Shown: in pieces, positions 30,464-40,264 of the stretch | Layout: each line of letters opens with the position of its first letter | Numbering within the stretch: the first letter of the stretch is position 1 | Assembly: GCA_963667035.1 (NCBI GenBank) | Contig: OY762964.1 | Span: 1,152,001 to 1,216,000 of the forward strand | Origin: Candidatus Cloacimonadales bacterium | Lineage (GTDB): Bacteria > Cloacimonadota > Cloacimonadia > Cloacimonadales > JAFGVF01 | Direction of reading: 5' to 3' | DNA length: 64,000 nucleotides | Notes under the pieces: generated by a model | Told to the model about the DNA's origin: nothing | Databases searched by the model: none | The model's input: only the letters and a program-made list of their open reading frames with translations | Translations under genes and position numbers: made by a program

Positions 30464-30490
30464 GGGCTACCCGTAATTGGGTAGCCTTTT
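30464..30490 (+). terminator. Intrinsic terminator of the hydrogenase operon
   Basis: GGCTACCC-GTAATT-GGGTAGCC followed by a T run. Confidence 0.85.
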
Positions 30491-30683
30491 TACTTATTTA
30501 CGATACTTCGTTTCTCGATAATTCTTCTATAGTATTTGATGTCTTTATAATACTTAGCTATGTGATAGATACTACTCAGATTCTTTGTAATACTACCAAA
30601 CTTATGATTATGCTCTTTATCTCAGGTTTTACATATGACCTTTACCAACAAGCCCCTGATTTCTTCTCCTTTTGTTTTTATTT

Positions 30684-30736
30684 GGAACGTGGACATCCTG
30701 TCCGCATGAAGATGCAAGCATGATGCTTGCTCTTCC
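30684..30736. repeat. REP-like doublet
   Basis: GGAACGTGGACATCCTGTCCGCAT...ATGCAAGCATGATGCTTGCTCTTCC; same family as 4285 and 54422. Confidence 0.75.
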
Positions 30737-30760
30737 GATAATTCATTAATTTACTTCTTC

Positions 30761-30795
30761 CATTTAGCATTTAACATTTATCATTCAGCATTTAT
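30761..30795. repeat. 5 x 7-bp tandem repeat (CATTYAN)
   Basis: CATTTAG CATTTAA CATTTAT CATTCAG CATTTAT. Confidence 0.8.
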
Positions 30796-30870
30796 TCTCC
30801 CTCTATATTATATAAATCTGGCTTTTGCCATTTTGACTCTGGTTTTTTCGAAGCTTTTTTATTTTCTCGC

Positions 30871-31033
30871 TTTTTCCTCTCGTTTTTCCCATGAGCAATA
30901 AAGTCTAAATTAAGATATATCACTCCCAAACTTCTCACTAATTTCCAACTCCAAAATCATGTTTTGAGTAAGTGTTGAGTAAGAGATGAGTAAGGATTGA
31001 GTCAATATTGCTCATGGGAGTAGAGTGGGAGTG
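30871..31033. repeat. Dispersed ~160-bp element with 11-bp-phased units, copy 2
   Basis: Matches 2391-2550. Perfect 14-bp inverted repeat TCCCATGAGCAATA (30887-30900) / TATTGCTCATGGGA (31006-31019). WTGAGT at 30964, 30975, 30986, 30997. Confidence 0.9.
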
Positions 31034-31271
31034 GAGGTTGATTAGCCAAATCCTTAAAAAGTTGTCAATGGCAGTGAAAAGTGGTACAAAACTGACAACC
31101 TTTAAAAATGACTACTTCAAGATATTTTATTTCAATGGGCGAGAGCCTGGTCAGTGTCCGCCCTTATAGGACGAGTGCAAACCACCAGCTGAGCTAGCGG
31201 TCATGATTAAACTTTAAAATTGACAATAAACATAAAAAGAATATTGTTATTAGAAATATAAAGGGGTTAAT

Positions 31272-33971
31272 ATGAAAAGTATTAAAATAACAATTATGTT
31301 TATGTTGCAATTGCTGTTTTGGACTTCTATTTTGGGTTATGATGTCTCTGATTCAGAGATATCAGGTTTTAATTCTGTAACAACTATTGATGAATATAAG
31401 CTTAAAAGTGCTTGTCTAAGGTTACAGTTACACTCTTCGAATATCTATAATTGTAATTCGGTTACTAGTTATGACAATACTTCTATCAATGAGAATGGTA
31501 CCCCAAATGGATTAGGTACTTGGGGTAATGGATTGTTAACTAGAGTTGGTAAGAAAATTGGAACTGATGGAAGTATCATCTTTAATAATTCCGGATATGC
31601 TTCTTGGTATACAAACACATACAGCTATCATCCGCTAATTAGAGATTCTGCAAGAAGACTAATGCTGTACAATAACACTTTAAACTCAGATATAAGCATT
31701 ACAAACTACTTTGGAGTTAATAAATCAACTATTGAGAATTATGTTAAGAATGCTGTGCAATTCTTAATAGATGAGCAAATTAAGGATACAATAATACCAT
31801 ACTGTTATCCTGGCGGTTTCAGGCAATATATGAAAAGAACTCCTGTAAACAGTTCACAAAATCATACTTCACCTTATGCTTCAGGACAAGCAGTAAAAGC
31901 ACAATATGAATCATATTGCTATTATGAGAATACTTCATGGCCTTTAGGATTAAAAAAAGAAGATGTAATGGGGGCAATTATAACAGGAGCAAATTATCTA
32001 TCTACGCAAGATCCATCCTATTACAATTGTAATTACAATGCATTTAGTATCTGGGGATTAGTCGCTGCTTACAGATTGACAAGCGATGCTAAGTACTTGA
32101 ATAGTGCCATAAGGATATATGATCACTTATCTGCTTGGCAAGATTCTGAGGGTAGCTGGTATTATGGAACAAATAATCCATATCATGATTCAGCTGCACA
32201 CTATATGGGAATAATAATGATTGGTTTATTAGATTTGTATGATGTTATGCCAAGCAGTTTAAATTCTAGAAAAGTAGAGATTATAAAGCAAATTAAGAAA
32301 AGTATTAATCAAATTATTGAACCAGTTTATTCTGGTGTGCCTAGATTGATAAGTGATTCTTCTTCTAATAACTATGGTAAAGTTTTACCACACCCATTTG
32401 ACACCGAACAATCAAGTCCATATTATGCAAATGAAATGTGTTGGGCATTACACGATATTTTAATGTATTATCATGAAAACAGACTATACTCAGCTTTTAC
32501 AACAACTGATATTGAAAGAATTGCCAGGATTTATAAAGTTATGATTTATGGCATTGTTGAATTATTGGAAACCACTTCTGGTGGTTCTATTGTTAAAGAA
32601 AGTAATTTAGATGTTATGTTTGTAGCATTAAACAAATATGTGGATTATTGTAATGGGTGGTCAGGTAAGAATTTAAATAATTACTGGGACTATGAAAACA
32701 AGAAAAGCAGTTTAATTCTCTATGGCAATAATTATGATAATTATGATAATGATTTAGCCCAGTATTCTGTAGGTAGTAACACTCCTAGAATCACAATTGA
32801 TACAACATCTGGTTATGATTTTGATTTAGTTACAACCGGAGATTTTGATAAAGATGGTATTGATGACATCGCTATGTACAGAGATATAGATGATGTACTT
32901 TGTGCTTACAATCTTTATTCAACAAATCCAATTCATCAATTTAAGAGATTAGAGAATATTCCTAATGGGATATCGATGATGACTTCTATTGATTGCACAA
33001 GAGATGGATTTAAAGAGATTGTTCTTTATAAGCATTCAACATCGCAGCCAGTCTTTTATATATATGATATTAGCACACAATCTACTTCTTTTTTATCAAG
33101 TAGTACATATTCTTCAGGAGCTCCAATGAATCTAATGACTTCAGGAGATTTCGATAATGATGGTATTGAAGAGATTGCTATGTATAGAGAAACAATAACC
33201 GATAGTAGAATATGTATATATGAAGTTACTTATCCGGCTACTTCTAGCAATTGTATTGAGTTATCTCAGACTTATATCATTGGCTCTGGGAGTCTTGGTT
33301 ATCAAAAGATGACCAGTGGAGCATTCTCAACTTATGATGATATAGATGGACGTGATGAAATAGTTTTCTATAAACCAATTAGTTCTTCAAACAATCATGA
33401 TGTATTTATCTATGATTTAACGAATGTGAATAATGTAACATCTTTCTCAACATTATCAGGCCACGACTTTGATGGTTTGACTTGTTCTGACATTGATGAT
33501 GATTTAGAAGATGAAGTGATAATGTTCAGAGATTTTGATGGTAGAATCTGCTTCTATCAAGCAGATGAAAATGCAAATGGAAATCATTATGACGGATGTG
33601 TTGAATCACAAACAACTACATTCAATGCAATTGCTTCGATTGCTCCGATTCAAACAGCATCAAGTAAAAGCAGTCAGTATGTTAATGAAGCTATTGTAGA
33701 GAACTTGTTATCTGTTTATCCCAATCCTTTTAATCCAAATACAACCATCTCTTTTAATTTGGATAAGTCCCAAGATGTAGATTTATCAGTTTACAATATA
33801 AGAGGACAGAAAGTAACAACTTTAGTAAAGAAGCAACTCTTAGAAGGACACCATACAATAAACTGGAATGGTACAGATTCGGAATCACAAACTGTTTCCA
33901 GTGGAGTATATTTCTTCAAGCTAGAGACCGATGGACATAAAGAGATTACTAAAGGATTGTTACTAAAGTAA
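31272..33971 (+). CDS. Secreted protein: helical (alpha/alpha barrel-like) N-domain, FG-GAP/VCBS-like repeats, C-terminal FlgD-Ig-type domain
   Basis: Signal peptide; GDFDKDGIDDIA and GDFDNDGIEEIA repeats; YPNPFNP...YNIRGQ...SGVYF. The N-domain call is tentative. Confidence 0.75.
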   Translation: MKSIKITIMFMLQLLFWTSILGYDVSDSEISGFNSVTTIDEYKLKSACLRLQLHSSNIYNCNSVTSYDNTSINENGTPNGLGTWGNGLLTRVGKKIGTDGSIIFNNSGYASWYTNTYSYHPLIRDSARRLMLYNNTLNSDISITNYFGVNKSTIENYVKNAVQFLIDEQIKDTIIPYCYPGGFRQYMKRTPVNSSQNHTSPYASGQAVKAQYESYCYYENTSWPLGLKKEDVMGAIITGANYLSTQDPSYYNCNYNAFSIWGLVAAYRLTSDAKYLNSAIRIYDHLSAWQDSEGSWYYGTNNPYHDSAAHYMGIIMIGLLDLYDVMPSSLNSRKVEIIKQIKKSINQIIEPVYSGVPRLISDSSSNNYGKVLPHPFDTEQSSPYYANEMCWALHDILMYYHENRLYSAFTTTDIERIARIYKVMIYGIVELLETTSGGSIVKESNLDVMFVALNKYVDYCNGWSGKNLNNYWDYENKKSSLILYGNNYDNYDNDLAQYSVGSNTPRITIDTTSGYDFDLVTTGDFDKDGIDDIAMYRDIDDVLCAYNLYSTNPIHQFKRLENIPNGISMMTSIDCTRDGFKEIVLYKHSTSQPVFYIYDISTQSTSFLSSSTYSSGAPMNLMTSGDFDNDGIEEIAMYRETITDSRICIYEVTYPATSSNCIELSQTYIIGSGSLGYQKMTSGAFSTYDDIDGRDEIVFYKPISSSNNHDVFIYDLTNVNNVTSFSTLSGHDFDGLTCSDIDDDLEDEVIMFRDFDGRICFYQADENANGNHYDGCVESQTTTFNAIASIAPIQTASSKSSQYVNEAIVENLLSVYPNPFNPNTTISFNLDKSQDVDLSVYNIRGQKVTTLVKKQLLEGHHTINWNGTDSESQTVSSGVYFFKLETDGHKEITKGLLLK

Positions 33972-34013
33972 TAGTGGTAAATATTAAAGAGGGTACTCTG
34001 TTCAGAGTACCCT

Positions 34014-35676
34014 CAGATTGTTGACAAAAACATTCTAATTTACATGGATATATTGTTGAAAGTCATTTTTCTTCATTTTAACTGAGCCCAAACCTAAACA
34101 TGCGAGATTTAGCTCTATTTTCGTGTAAATTGGAGTTGAAAATCATGTAATTGATGATAAATTTTGCTATTAATTTCCCTAATTTACCTTTGAAAAGGTA
34201 TTTTACGAGTTTCTTGATATTTTGCACGATAGCTGTTAGATAAGCTTGTTCTCGAACTCGCTCTATTCCTCGATATTTTGCATATCGGTAGCCATGAAGT
34301 TGCTTTGCATTGGCAAAGCTTCTCTCAATGGTTTCTTTTCTCCTCTTGTATATCTCTTTCCCACATAATGTTAACCTATTCTTGTGGATTATCTCTTTGC
34401 TCTCTTCCCAGACATGACGAGTGATTACTTTTTGAGAAGACTTACTTTCTGTACATTTACTTAGCATTGGACAATTCTTGCATTCACTAGGATTCGACTT
34501 GTATTCTTTATAGCCATCACGGCTCGTTGTTCTATAATTTAACTCTTTATTACATGGACATATGTAAACATCCTTCCGGGAATTATATGTAAATTTGTTC
34601 TTTTTAAATAGACCTTTCTTACCTCCCTGTCTTTTGTAGCCAAGGACTCCCATAATATTCATATCTACCAGTTGCTTACAAATGTTAATTGTATCATATC
34701 CTGAATCAAGCCCTACTGCCTGAACATTAAAACCATAAACCTTTTGTTGGAACTGTAACCTGTCAATATAGCAGGTGCTATCATTTACATTGCCGGGAGT
34801 AATGTGAACATCGGTTATATAGTTCGTTTTATGGTCGACTGTCCTATGATCTAAGTAGAAGAAGCCTTGAGGCTTTCTATCACGGGTCATAAAGCCACTA
34901 TCGGGATCTGTTGTGCTAGACTTGATATTTTTTACTTTAGGTGATGCTCCTCCTTTAAGATTGTTATCCTTAGGAGGTAAAGGTTTCTTACCATGAGCCT
35001 TCCGATCTTCATCAACGCTTGTGTTAAGATCTTCCAAGTAACTCTTGGAGGATACCTCAACTTCAATATCCTCGAATTTACCTTTATTAGCATTTGCCTT
35101 TAGATGGGTTGAGTCGCTATAAAGTATCTTTCCATCAACTAATCCATGTTTAATGCCTAACTTCACTATATCTATAAAAATCTCTTCGAATACGCTGCTA
35201 TCATTAAATCGCCTTCTACGATTTTGACTGAAGACTGAGTGATGAGGTACTTTATCAGTTAGTCCAAAGCCTAAGAACCAACGATAAGCCACATTGACCT
35301 CTATCTCTTTGACCAATTGTCTTTCCGAGCGAATACTGAATAGATAGCCAATAAAAAGCATTTTGAAAAGAGTAATAGGATGAATTGGAGGACGACCGGT
35401 AGTAGAACAATACAAATGCGCTGTTCTATCTAAAATGAATGAAAAATCTATTACGCTATCGATTTTCCTTAGTATGTGATCTACCGGTACTAAATCATCT
35501 ATTATTACAAATTCCATTTGGGACTGTGTGTCAGAAACTTTTTTAAGCATAACCACCTCTAATTATGATGGTTTAAGTATAAACTAAGGGGGTTTTTGTC
35601 AATGATTGATGTTCTTATTTTAAGCTAAAAAAAGACAAAGCCATGAAATCTTACTCATAGCTTTGTCAACAGTCTG
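34014..35676 (-). mobile_element. IS1182-family insertion sequence (1663 bp)
   Basis: Terminal inverted repeats CAGATTGTTGACAAA (34014-34028) and TTTGTCAACAGTCTG (35662-35676); flanked by 24-bp direct repeats at 33990-34013 and 35677-35700. Confidence 0.93.
34078..35556 (-). CDS. IS1182-family DDE transposase
   Basis: DDLVPVDHILRKID, GRPPIHP, SERQL, YRWFLG, DSTH, TDPDSG, DSGY, YKRRKETIERSFA. Confidence 0.95.
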   Translation of the reverse strand: MVMLKKVSDTQSQMEFVIIDDLVPVDHILRKIDSVIDFSFILDRTAHLYCSTTGRPPIHPITLFKMLFIGYLFSIRSERQLVKEIEVNVAYRWFLGFGLTDKVPHHSVFSQNRRRRFNDSSVFEEIFIDIVKLGIKHGLVDGKILYSDSTHLKANANKGKFEDIEVEVSSKSYLEDLNTSVDEDRKAHGKKPLPPKDNNLKGGASPKVKNIKSSTTDPDSGFMTRDRKPQGFFYLDHRTVDHKTNYITDVHITPGNVNDSTCYIDRLQFQQKVYGFNVQAVGLDSGYDTINICKQLVDMNIMGVLGYKRQGGKKGLFKKNKFTYNSRKDVYICPCNKELNYRTTSRDGYKEYKSNPSECKNCPMLSKCTESKSSQKVITRHVWEESKEIIHKNRLTLCGKEIYKRRKETIERSFANAKQLHGYRYAKYRGIERVREQAYLTAIVQNIKKLVKYLFKGKLGKLIAKFIINYMIFNSNLHENRAKSRMFRFGLS

Positions 35677-35953
35677 AGGGTACTCTGTTCAGAGTACCCT
35701 TTAACTATTAATTCATTCTTACAGGAAACTATTCTGATTGTCTGACAAAAATTCATCGTACTCATTTTTCATATATTCGCCAAATACAAATGCAATGTTT
35801 TAACATCTAATATTTATTGAGCTATACCTTACTTTGTAAATATAATTTAGTGAAGGAGTATGGTAGTAAAAACACTTAAGAATCTTGTTTTACAGGTGTT
35901 TATTGTTGTATATTATAATATAATTCTAGTAGCCCTGTATAAGCAATAGTCTA

Positions 35954-36056
35954 TTAAGCAATGGATTACCAACGGATAACCAATGGACCTCCAACGCCCA
36001 ACCAACGGCTTCCGTTGTTAGAGCATTGGTAATCTATGGGAAAAGTGTTGGTAAGT
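35954..36056. repeat. Palindromic array of 11-bp-phased units
   Basis: CAAYGS at 35959, 35970, 35981, 35992, 36003; centre CAACGG-CTT-CCGTTG; inverted units at 36012, 36023, 36034, 36045. Confidence 0.8.
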
Positions 36057-36258
36057 ATTACACTCGTCTCAGGATGTCCTTTGAGTGAATATGCAAGGAT
36101 GAATTTGTATTATAGATAAAAGGACTATTAGTAATAGCAAAATTAGGTATAACTAACTTCAAACAATCATAATTAGCGAGACAAAAAGATAGGAAAAAGC
36201 TTGACATTGGACACTAGAGTAATATGTGGATATTAGTCAATAAATACAGGAGGAACAA

Positions 36259-36429
36259 ATGGCTGTTAAGATTAGTAAAGAAACATGTATCGGTTGCTCA
36301 GCATGTGTTGACACATGTCCTGTTGCTGCCCTTTCAATGGAAAATGACAAAGCTGTTGTAAACGAAGAAACTTGTATCGATTGCGGTGCTTGCGTTTCAG
36401 CTTGCCCTGTTAGTGCTATCGAATTATAA
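36259..36429 (+). CDS. Clostridial-type 2[4Fe-4S] ferredoxin (56 aa)
   Basis: Absent from the ORF track: MAVKISKETCIGCSACVDTCPVAALSMENDKAVVNEETCIDCGACVSACPVSAIEL; AGGAGG RBS. Confidence 0.95.
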   Translation: MAVKISKETCIGCSACVDTCPVAALSMENDKAVVNEETCIDCGACVSACPVSAIEL

Positions 36430-36481
36430 GCGAATCTAGTTTTAGATTTAGTAAGGCTATTGAGTAATCACTAGCCTTTTT

Positions 36482-37822
36482 CTATTTACCGATACAGAAG
36501 TCATCGAAGATTCTGTTTAATAAATCATCAGTTGTTACCTTACCGGTAACTTCTTCCAAATGCTGTGATGCTTCTTTTAAGTCGAAAGCTGTGAATTCAT
36601 AACCTAGTTGTAAATCTATTGATTCAATTGCCTTCTCTAGAGATTCAATAGCATGCAAAACAGCATTAACTTGACGACGATTTGTTAATAATACAGAGTC
36701 ATTTTCAGCAATACTTAAATGACTTAACAATTCTTTCTCTAGAAGTTTAATTCCATCTGATGATAGTGCTGAACACGGGATATAATCCTTGAAACAACTC
36801 AAGTCAGTGCTTTGTGGATTATCGACTTTATTAATAACTTTGATTATCTTATCTTTCGGAATACCTTTAAGGTAATCATCTACATTCGTGTCCTGTTGAG
36901 TAAAATCATGAACATAAACAACTTTATCGGCTTTACTTATTATATCTAGAGACCTTTGAATTCCTAATCTTTCTATGTCATCGTGAGTTTCACGAATACC
37001 GGCAGTATCAAAGAACTTAACAAGATAGCCATTTATGGAAACAACTTCTTCAAGATAATCTCTTGTTGTTCCGGGAGTAGGAGTCACAATTGCTCTTTCA
37101 CATGCGAGAAATTGATTAAATATGCTAGATTTACCTGCATTAGGAGCTCCAACTAAACATACTTTTAGACCTTCTCTCAATATTCTGCCATTCTCTCCGG
37201 TACTTGCAAGTTTGCGTAACTCTGAAACAAAGTTCACAAAATTGCTTCGTAACTCAAGCATATCTATTTCCGGATTATCATCTTCAAGAAAATCTATTTC
37301 TAGTTCAACCTGCATTCTGTAATGAATTAGCTTTTCAAGCAATTCTTCTATTTTGTAAAAGAGTGAACCTTCCAGTTGCTTCAATGCAAGATTATGTGAT
37401 TTAACTGTTCTGCTGTTTATTAAATCATTAACAGCTTCTGCCTGGGTTAAATCGAGTTTATTGTTTAAATATGCTCTTAAAGTGAACTCTCCGGGATTTG
37501 CTAATCTAATCACAGAAAGTAATGCTTGTAAGATTCTGTCAGCAATAAACTGAGAGCCATGACAACTTATCTCCACTACATCTTCACCAGTATAGCTATG
37601 AGGAGCTTTAAATACAGAGCAAAGTACTTGATCCAGTACTTCGTCATTGTAAATAAAATTACATAGAGTTATAGAATTTGCTTGTTTCTTGGACAGGTTT
37701 TTGGTAACAAATCTATCAACAATACTGATACAATTTGCCCCGCTGACTCTTAGGATATGTATTCCACCGGTTCCAGGGGGAGTTGCAATTGCAACAATTG
37801 GTTCATCTATAAAGCGGGACAT
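36482..37822 (-). CDS. mnmE: tRNA modification GTPase MnmE
   Basis: AIATPPG, SYTGEDVVEISCHG, GAPNAGKSS, GTTRD, DTAGIR, C-terminal FCIGK. Confidence 0.97.
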   Translation of the reverse strand: MSRFIDEPIVAIATPPGTGGIHILRVSGANCISIVDRFVTKNLSKKQANSITLCNFIYNDEVLDQVLCSVFKAPHSYTGEDVVEISCHGSQFIADRILQALLSVIRLANPGEFTLRAYLNNKLDLTQAEAVNDLINSRTVKSHNLALKQLEGSLFYKIEELLEKLIHYRMQVELEIDFLEDDNPEIDMLELRSNFVNFVSELRKLASTGENGRILREGLKVCLVGAPNAGKSSIFNQFLACERAIVTPTPGTTRDYLEEVVSINGYLVKFFDTAGIRETHDDIERLGIQRSLDIISKADKVVYVHDFTQQDTNVDDYLKGIPKDKIIKVINKVDNPQSTDLSCFKDYIPCSALSSDGIKLLEKELLSHLSIAENDSVLLTNRRQVNAVLHAIESLEKAIESIDLQLGYEFTAFDLKEASQHLEEVTGKVTTDDLLNRIFDDFCIGK

Positions 37823-37825
37823 AAA

Positions 37826-38116
37826 TCAGATGTTGATTTTTCTCTTTTCAGGATCGGGATGTTGACGATAAATGATAGCGATAAACCCTATTATTCCAAT
37901 ATTAGCACATTCGAGCTTATTGCAAATATCTTCAACTATTTCCTTTTTCTGGTCCTTAAAATCCTGAAACTTAATTTTCAACAATTCGTGATTGTTTAAT
38001 TCTCTATCTATCAAGGCTAAAATTTCATCATTATAACCCTTTTGTCCTATGTATACTATAGGCTTCATAGGATTAGCTATGCTTCTAAGTCGCATGATCT
38101 TTTGTTTTGTTAACAT
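37826..38116 (-). CDS. yhbY: CRM-domain RNA-binding protein YhbY
   Basis: MLTKQK...LRSIA, PIVYIGQKG, HELLKIK, IG...IIYR. Confidence 0.9.
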   Translation of the reverse strand: MLTKQKIMRLRSIANPMKPIVYIGQKGYNDEILALIDRELNNHELLKIKFQDFKDQKKEIVEDICNKLECANIGIIGFIAIIYRQHPDPEKRKINI

Positions 38117-39973
38117 CTATTTCTCCGATAATATCTTTTTGTTATGCAAATCTTTTAATATTAGTTCAGGTGTCAATCCAATCTCTTTCATGAGTAAATC
38201 CGTGTTCCCATGAGCAATAAATCTATCCGGTATACCATAGCTAACAACAATACAATCGCTTAATTGTATCGTATCTCTTACTATAGATCCGAAACCGCCT
38301 TTTAGAGCGTTTGTCTCAATTGTGATAATATACTCATGTTGCTCTGCAATGCTAGAATAAAAGGTATCGTCTATGGGTTTAATAAAACGAGCATCTATCA
38401 AAGTTAAATCCTGATTGGATAACTCAATAACTCTACTGCCAATATTGAATCCTTCTCCTATTCCTATTACAGCAACTTTTTTACCCTTCTTAACCTGCAC
38501 AGGTTTACCTAATTCGATATCAGAATCATGGTTATGGGTATTAGCCTTACCTCTGGGATATCTTATGGCAATTGGACCGTCCATGTGACTATGGCTGAAA
38601 TCCAGCATTTTCTCTAACTCGGAAGAACTTGAAGGAGCCATAAATATTAGATCAGGTACTGAAGCAAAGAGAGAAATATCAAAGACTCCGTGATGAGTGG
38701 CACCATCCTCTCCGACTAATCCAGCTCTGTCCATACAAAGAACAACAGGTAGATTTTGTAAAGCAACGTCATGAATGACTTGATCAACAGCTCTTTGCAT
38801 AAAAGTAGAGTATATTGCAACATAAGGTTTTAGTCCTTTAGTTGCAAGTCCGGCAGCAAAAGTAATAGCATGTTGTTCTGCAATGCCTACATCAAAGAAA
38901 CGGTTAGGGTATTTGGTTGAAAACTCAAGAAGCCCTGTTCCTGATGCCATTGCAGCTGTTATTGCTATAACTCTATTATCTGCTTCAGCTAAATTGCATA
39001 ATTTAGAACCGAAATAATCCGACCAGGATGTTTTACCATTCTTAGGTTTTACGCCTGTCTCCTTGCAATAAGGTCCTACTCCATGATATTTATCAGGATG
39101 TTGCTCCGCTAAAGCGAAACCCTTTCCTTTCTTTGTAACTATATGTAAGAATACCGGTCCATCCATGTGAGTCATAATGTTTCGGAAGATCTTAACTAAA
39201 TGCTTAATATCGTTTCCATCAACCGGACCAATATATTTATATCCTAAATCCTCAAAGATGATATTAGGAGCCAATAAGTTAATAACCCCCTCTTCAAGCT
39301 TTCTTGAACCTTTAATAATCCTATACTTAAATCTGTCAGGCATAGATTCTGTAATACTCCATACCTTTCTTTTCAACTTGTTATATGATTTGCTAACAAG
39401 GAAATCGGACATGTAGCGTTGGAGTCCACCAACATTACGAGAAATAGACATCTCGTTATCATTAAGGATAACGAGCAGTTTATTCAATTTGCTATCGCCT
39501 CCGTGATTAAGGGCTTCAAATGACATTCCGCCTGTTAAGGCACCATCTCCAATGATAGCAATACTGAATCCTTTCTCATTCAGTAATTTCTTTGCATAAG
39601 CTATACCTAGAGCAGCTGAAATTGAGGTACTGCTATGTCCTACACCAAAGGCATCGTACTCACTTTCACTTATCTTGTTGAATCCACTTAACCCTTTGTA
39701 CTGTCTCAGACTATCAAAATCATCATTTCGACCGGTAAGAATCTTATAAGCATAACTTTGATGTCCTACATCCCAGACAATTGAATCAGTTGGTGGATTA
39801 AATACTTTGAGGAGAGCTATTGCCAAATCACAAGCTCCAAGACTTGGAGCAACATGACCTCCGGTTTTACATGTAACATCTATTATTCGCTTCCTAATCT
39901 CAAAACTCAGTTCCTGTAGTTCCTTGATAGTCAGCTTTTTTATATCTCCGGGTTTATCTATATTCTCGAGCAT
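38117..39973 (-). CDS. dxs: 1-deoxy-D-xylulose-5-phosphate synthase
   Basis: GGHVAPSLG, WDVGHQ, GHSSTSIS, GDGALTGG, IAEQHA, DRAGLVGEDGATH. Confidence 0.97.
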   Translation of the reverse strand: MLENIDKPGDIKKLTIKELQELSFEIRKRIIDVTCKTGGHVAPSLGACDLAIALLKVFNPPTDSIVWDVGHQSYAYKILTGRNDDFDSLRQYKGLSGFNKISESEYDAFGVGHSSTSISAALGIAYAKKLLNEKGFSIAIIGDGALTGGMSFEALNHGGDSKLNKLLVILNDNEMSISRNVGGLQRYMSDFLVSKSYNKLKRKVWSITESMPDRFKYRIIKGSRKLEEGVINLLAPNIIFEDLGYKYIGPVDGNDIKHLVKIFRNIMTHMDGPVFLHIVTKKGKGFALAEQHPDKYHGVGPYCKETGVKPKNGKTSWSDYFGSKLCNLAEADNRVIAITAAMASGTGLLEFSTKYPNRFFDVGIAEQHAITFAAGLATKGLKPYVAIYSTFMQRAVDQVIHDVALQNLPVVLCMDRAGLVGEDGATHHGVFDISLFASVPDLIFMAPSSSSELEKMLDFSHSHMDGPIAIRYPRGKANTHNHDSDIELGKPVQVKKGKKVAVIGIGEGFNIGSRVIELSNQDLTLIDARFIKPIDDTFYSSIAEQHEYIITIETNALKGGFGSIVRDTIQLSDCIVVSYGIPDRFIAHGNTDLLMKEIGLTPELILKDLHNKKILSEK

Positions 39974-40264
39974 GATACTCCTTTTATCTTCAATAATACA
40001 GTCACACTGTCATATTTAATCTGTCAAGTGTAATCTCAAGCAAGACTATTGCATATACTCTGTTGTTTATTAGTAGTGCTAATAACAAAGGATACATAAA
40101 ACAAATGATTGTTTCCATATCATTTCAACTTGTTTCAATTACTATAAAAGGATAACACATGTAATAGAAGATTGATTTTGTACAAAAACCATTTCACAAT
40201 AATTATAGACATAATATGCGAATTTACTATCCTGTGTTAACAAAGATGATTAATAGGAGGAATT

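Noticed and set aside
35860..35949. 29-aa hydrophobic ORF as a type I toxin
   Set aside because: AAGGAG is only 1 nt from the ATG, and hydrophobic composition is expected in AT-rich DNA.
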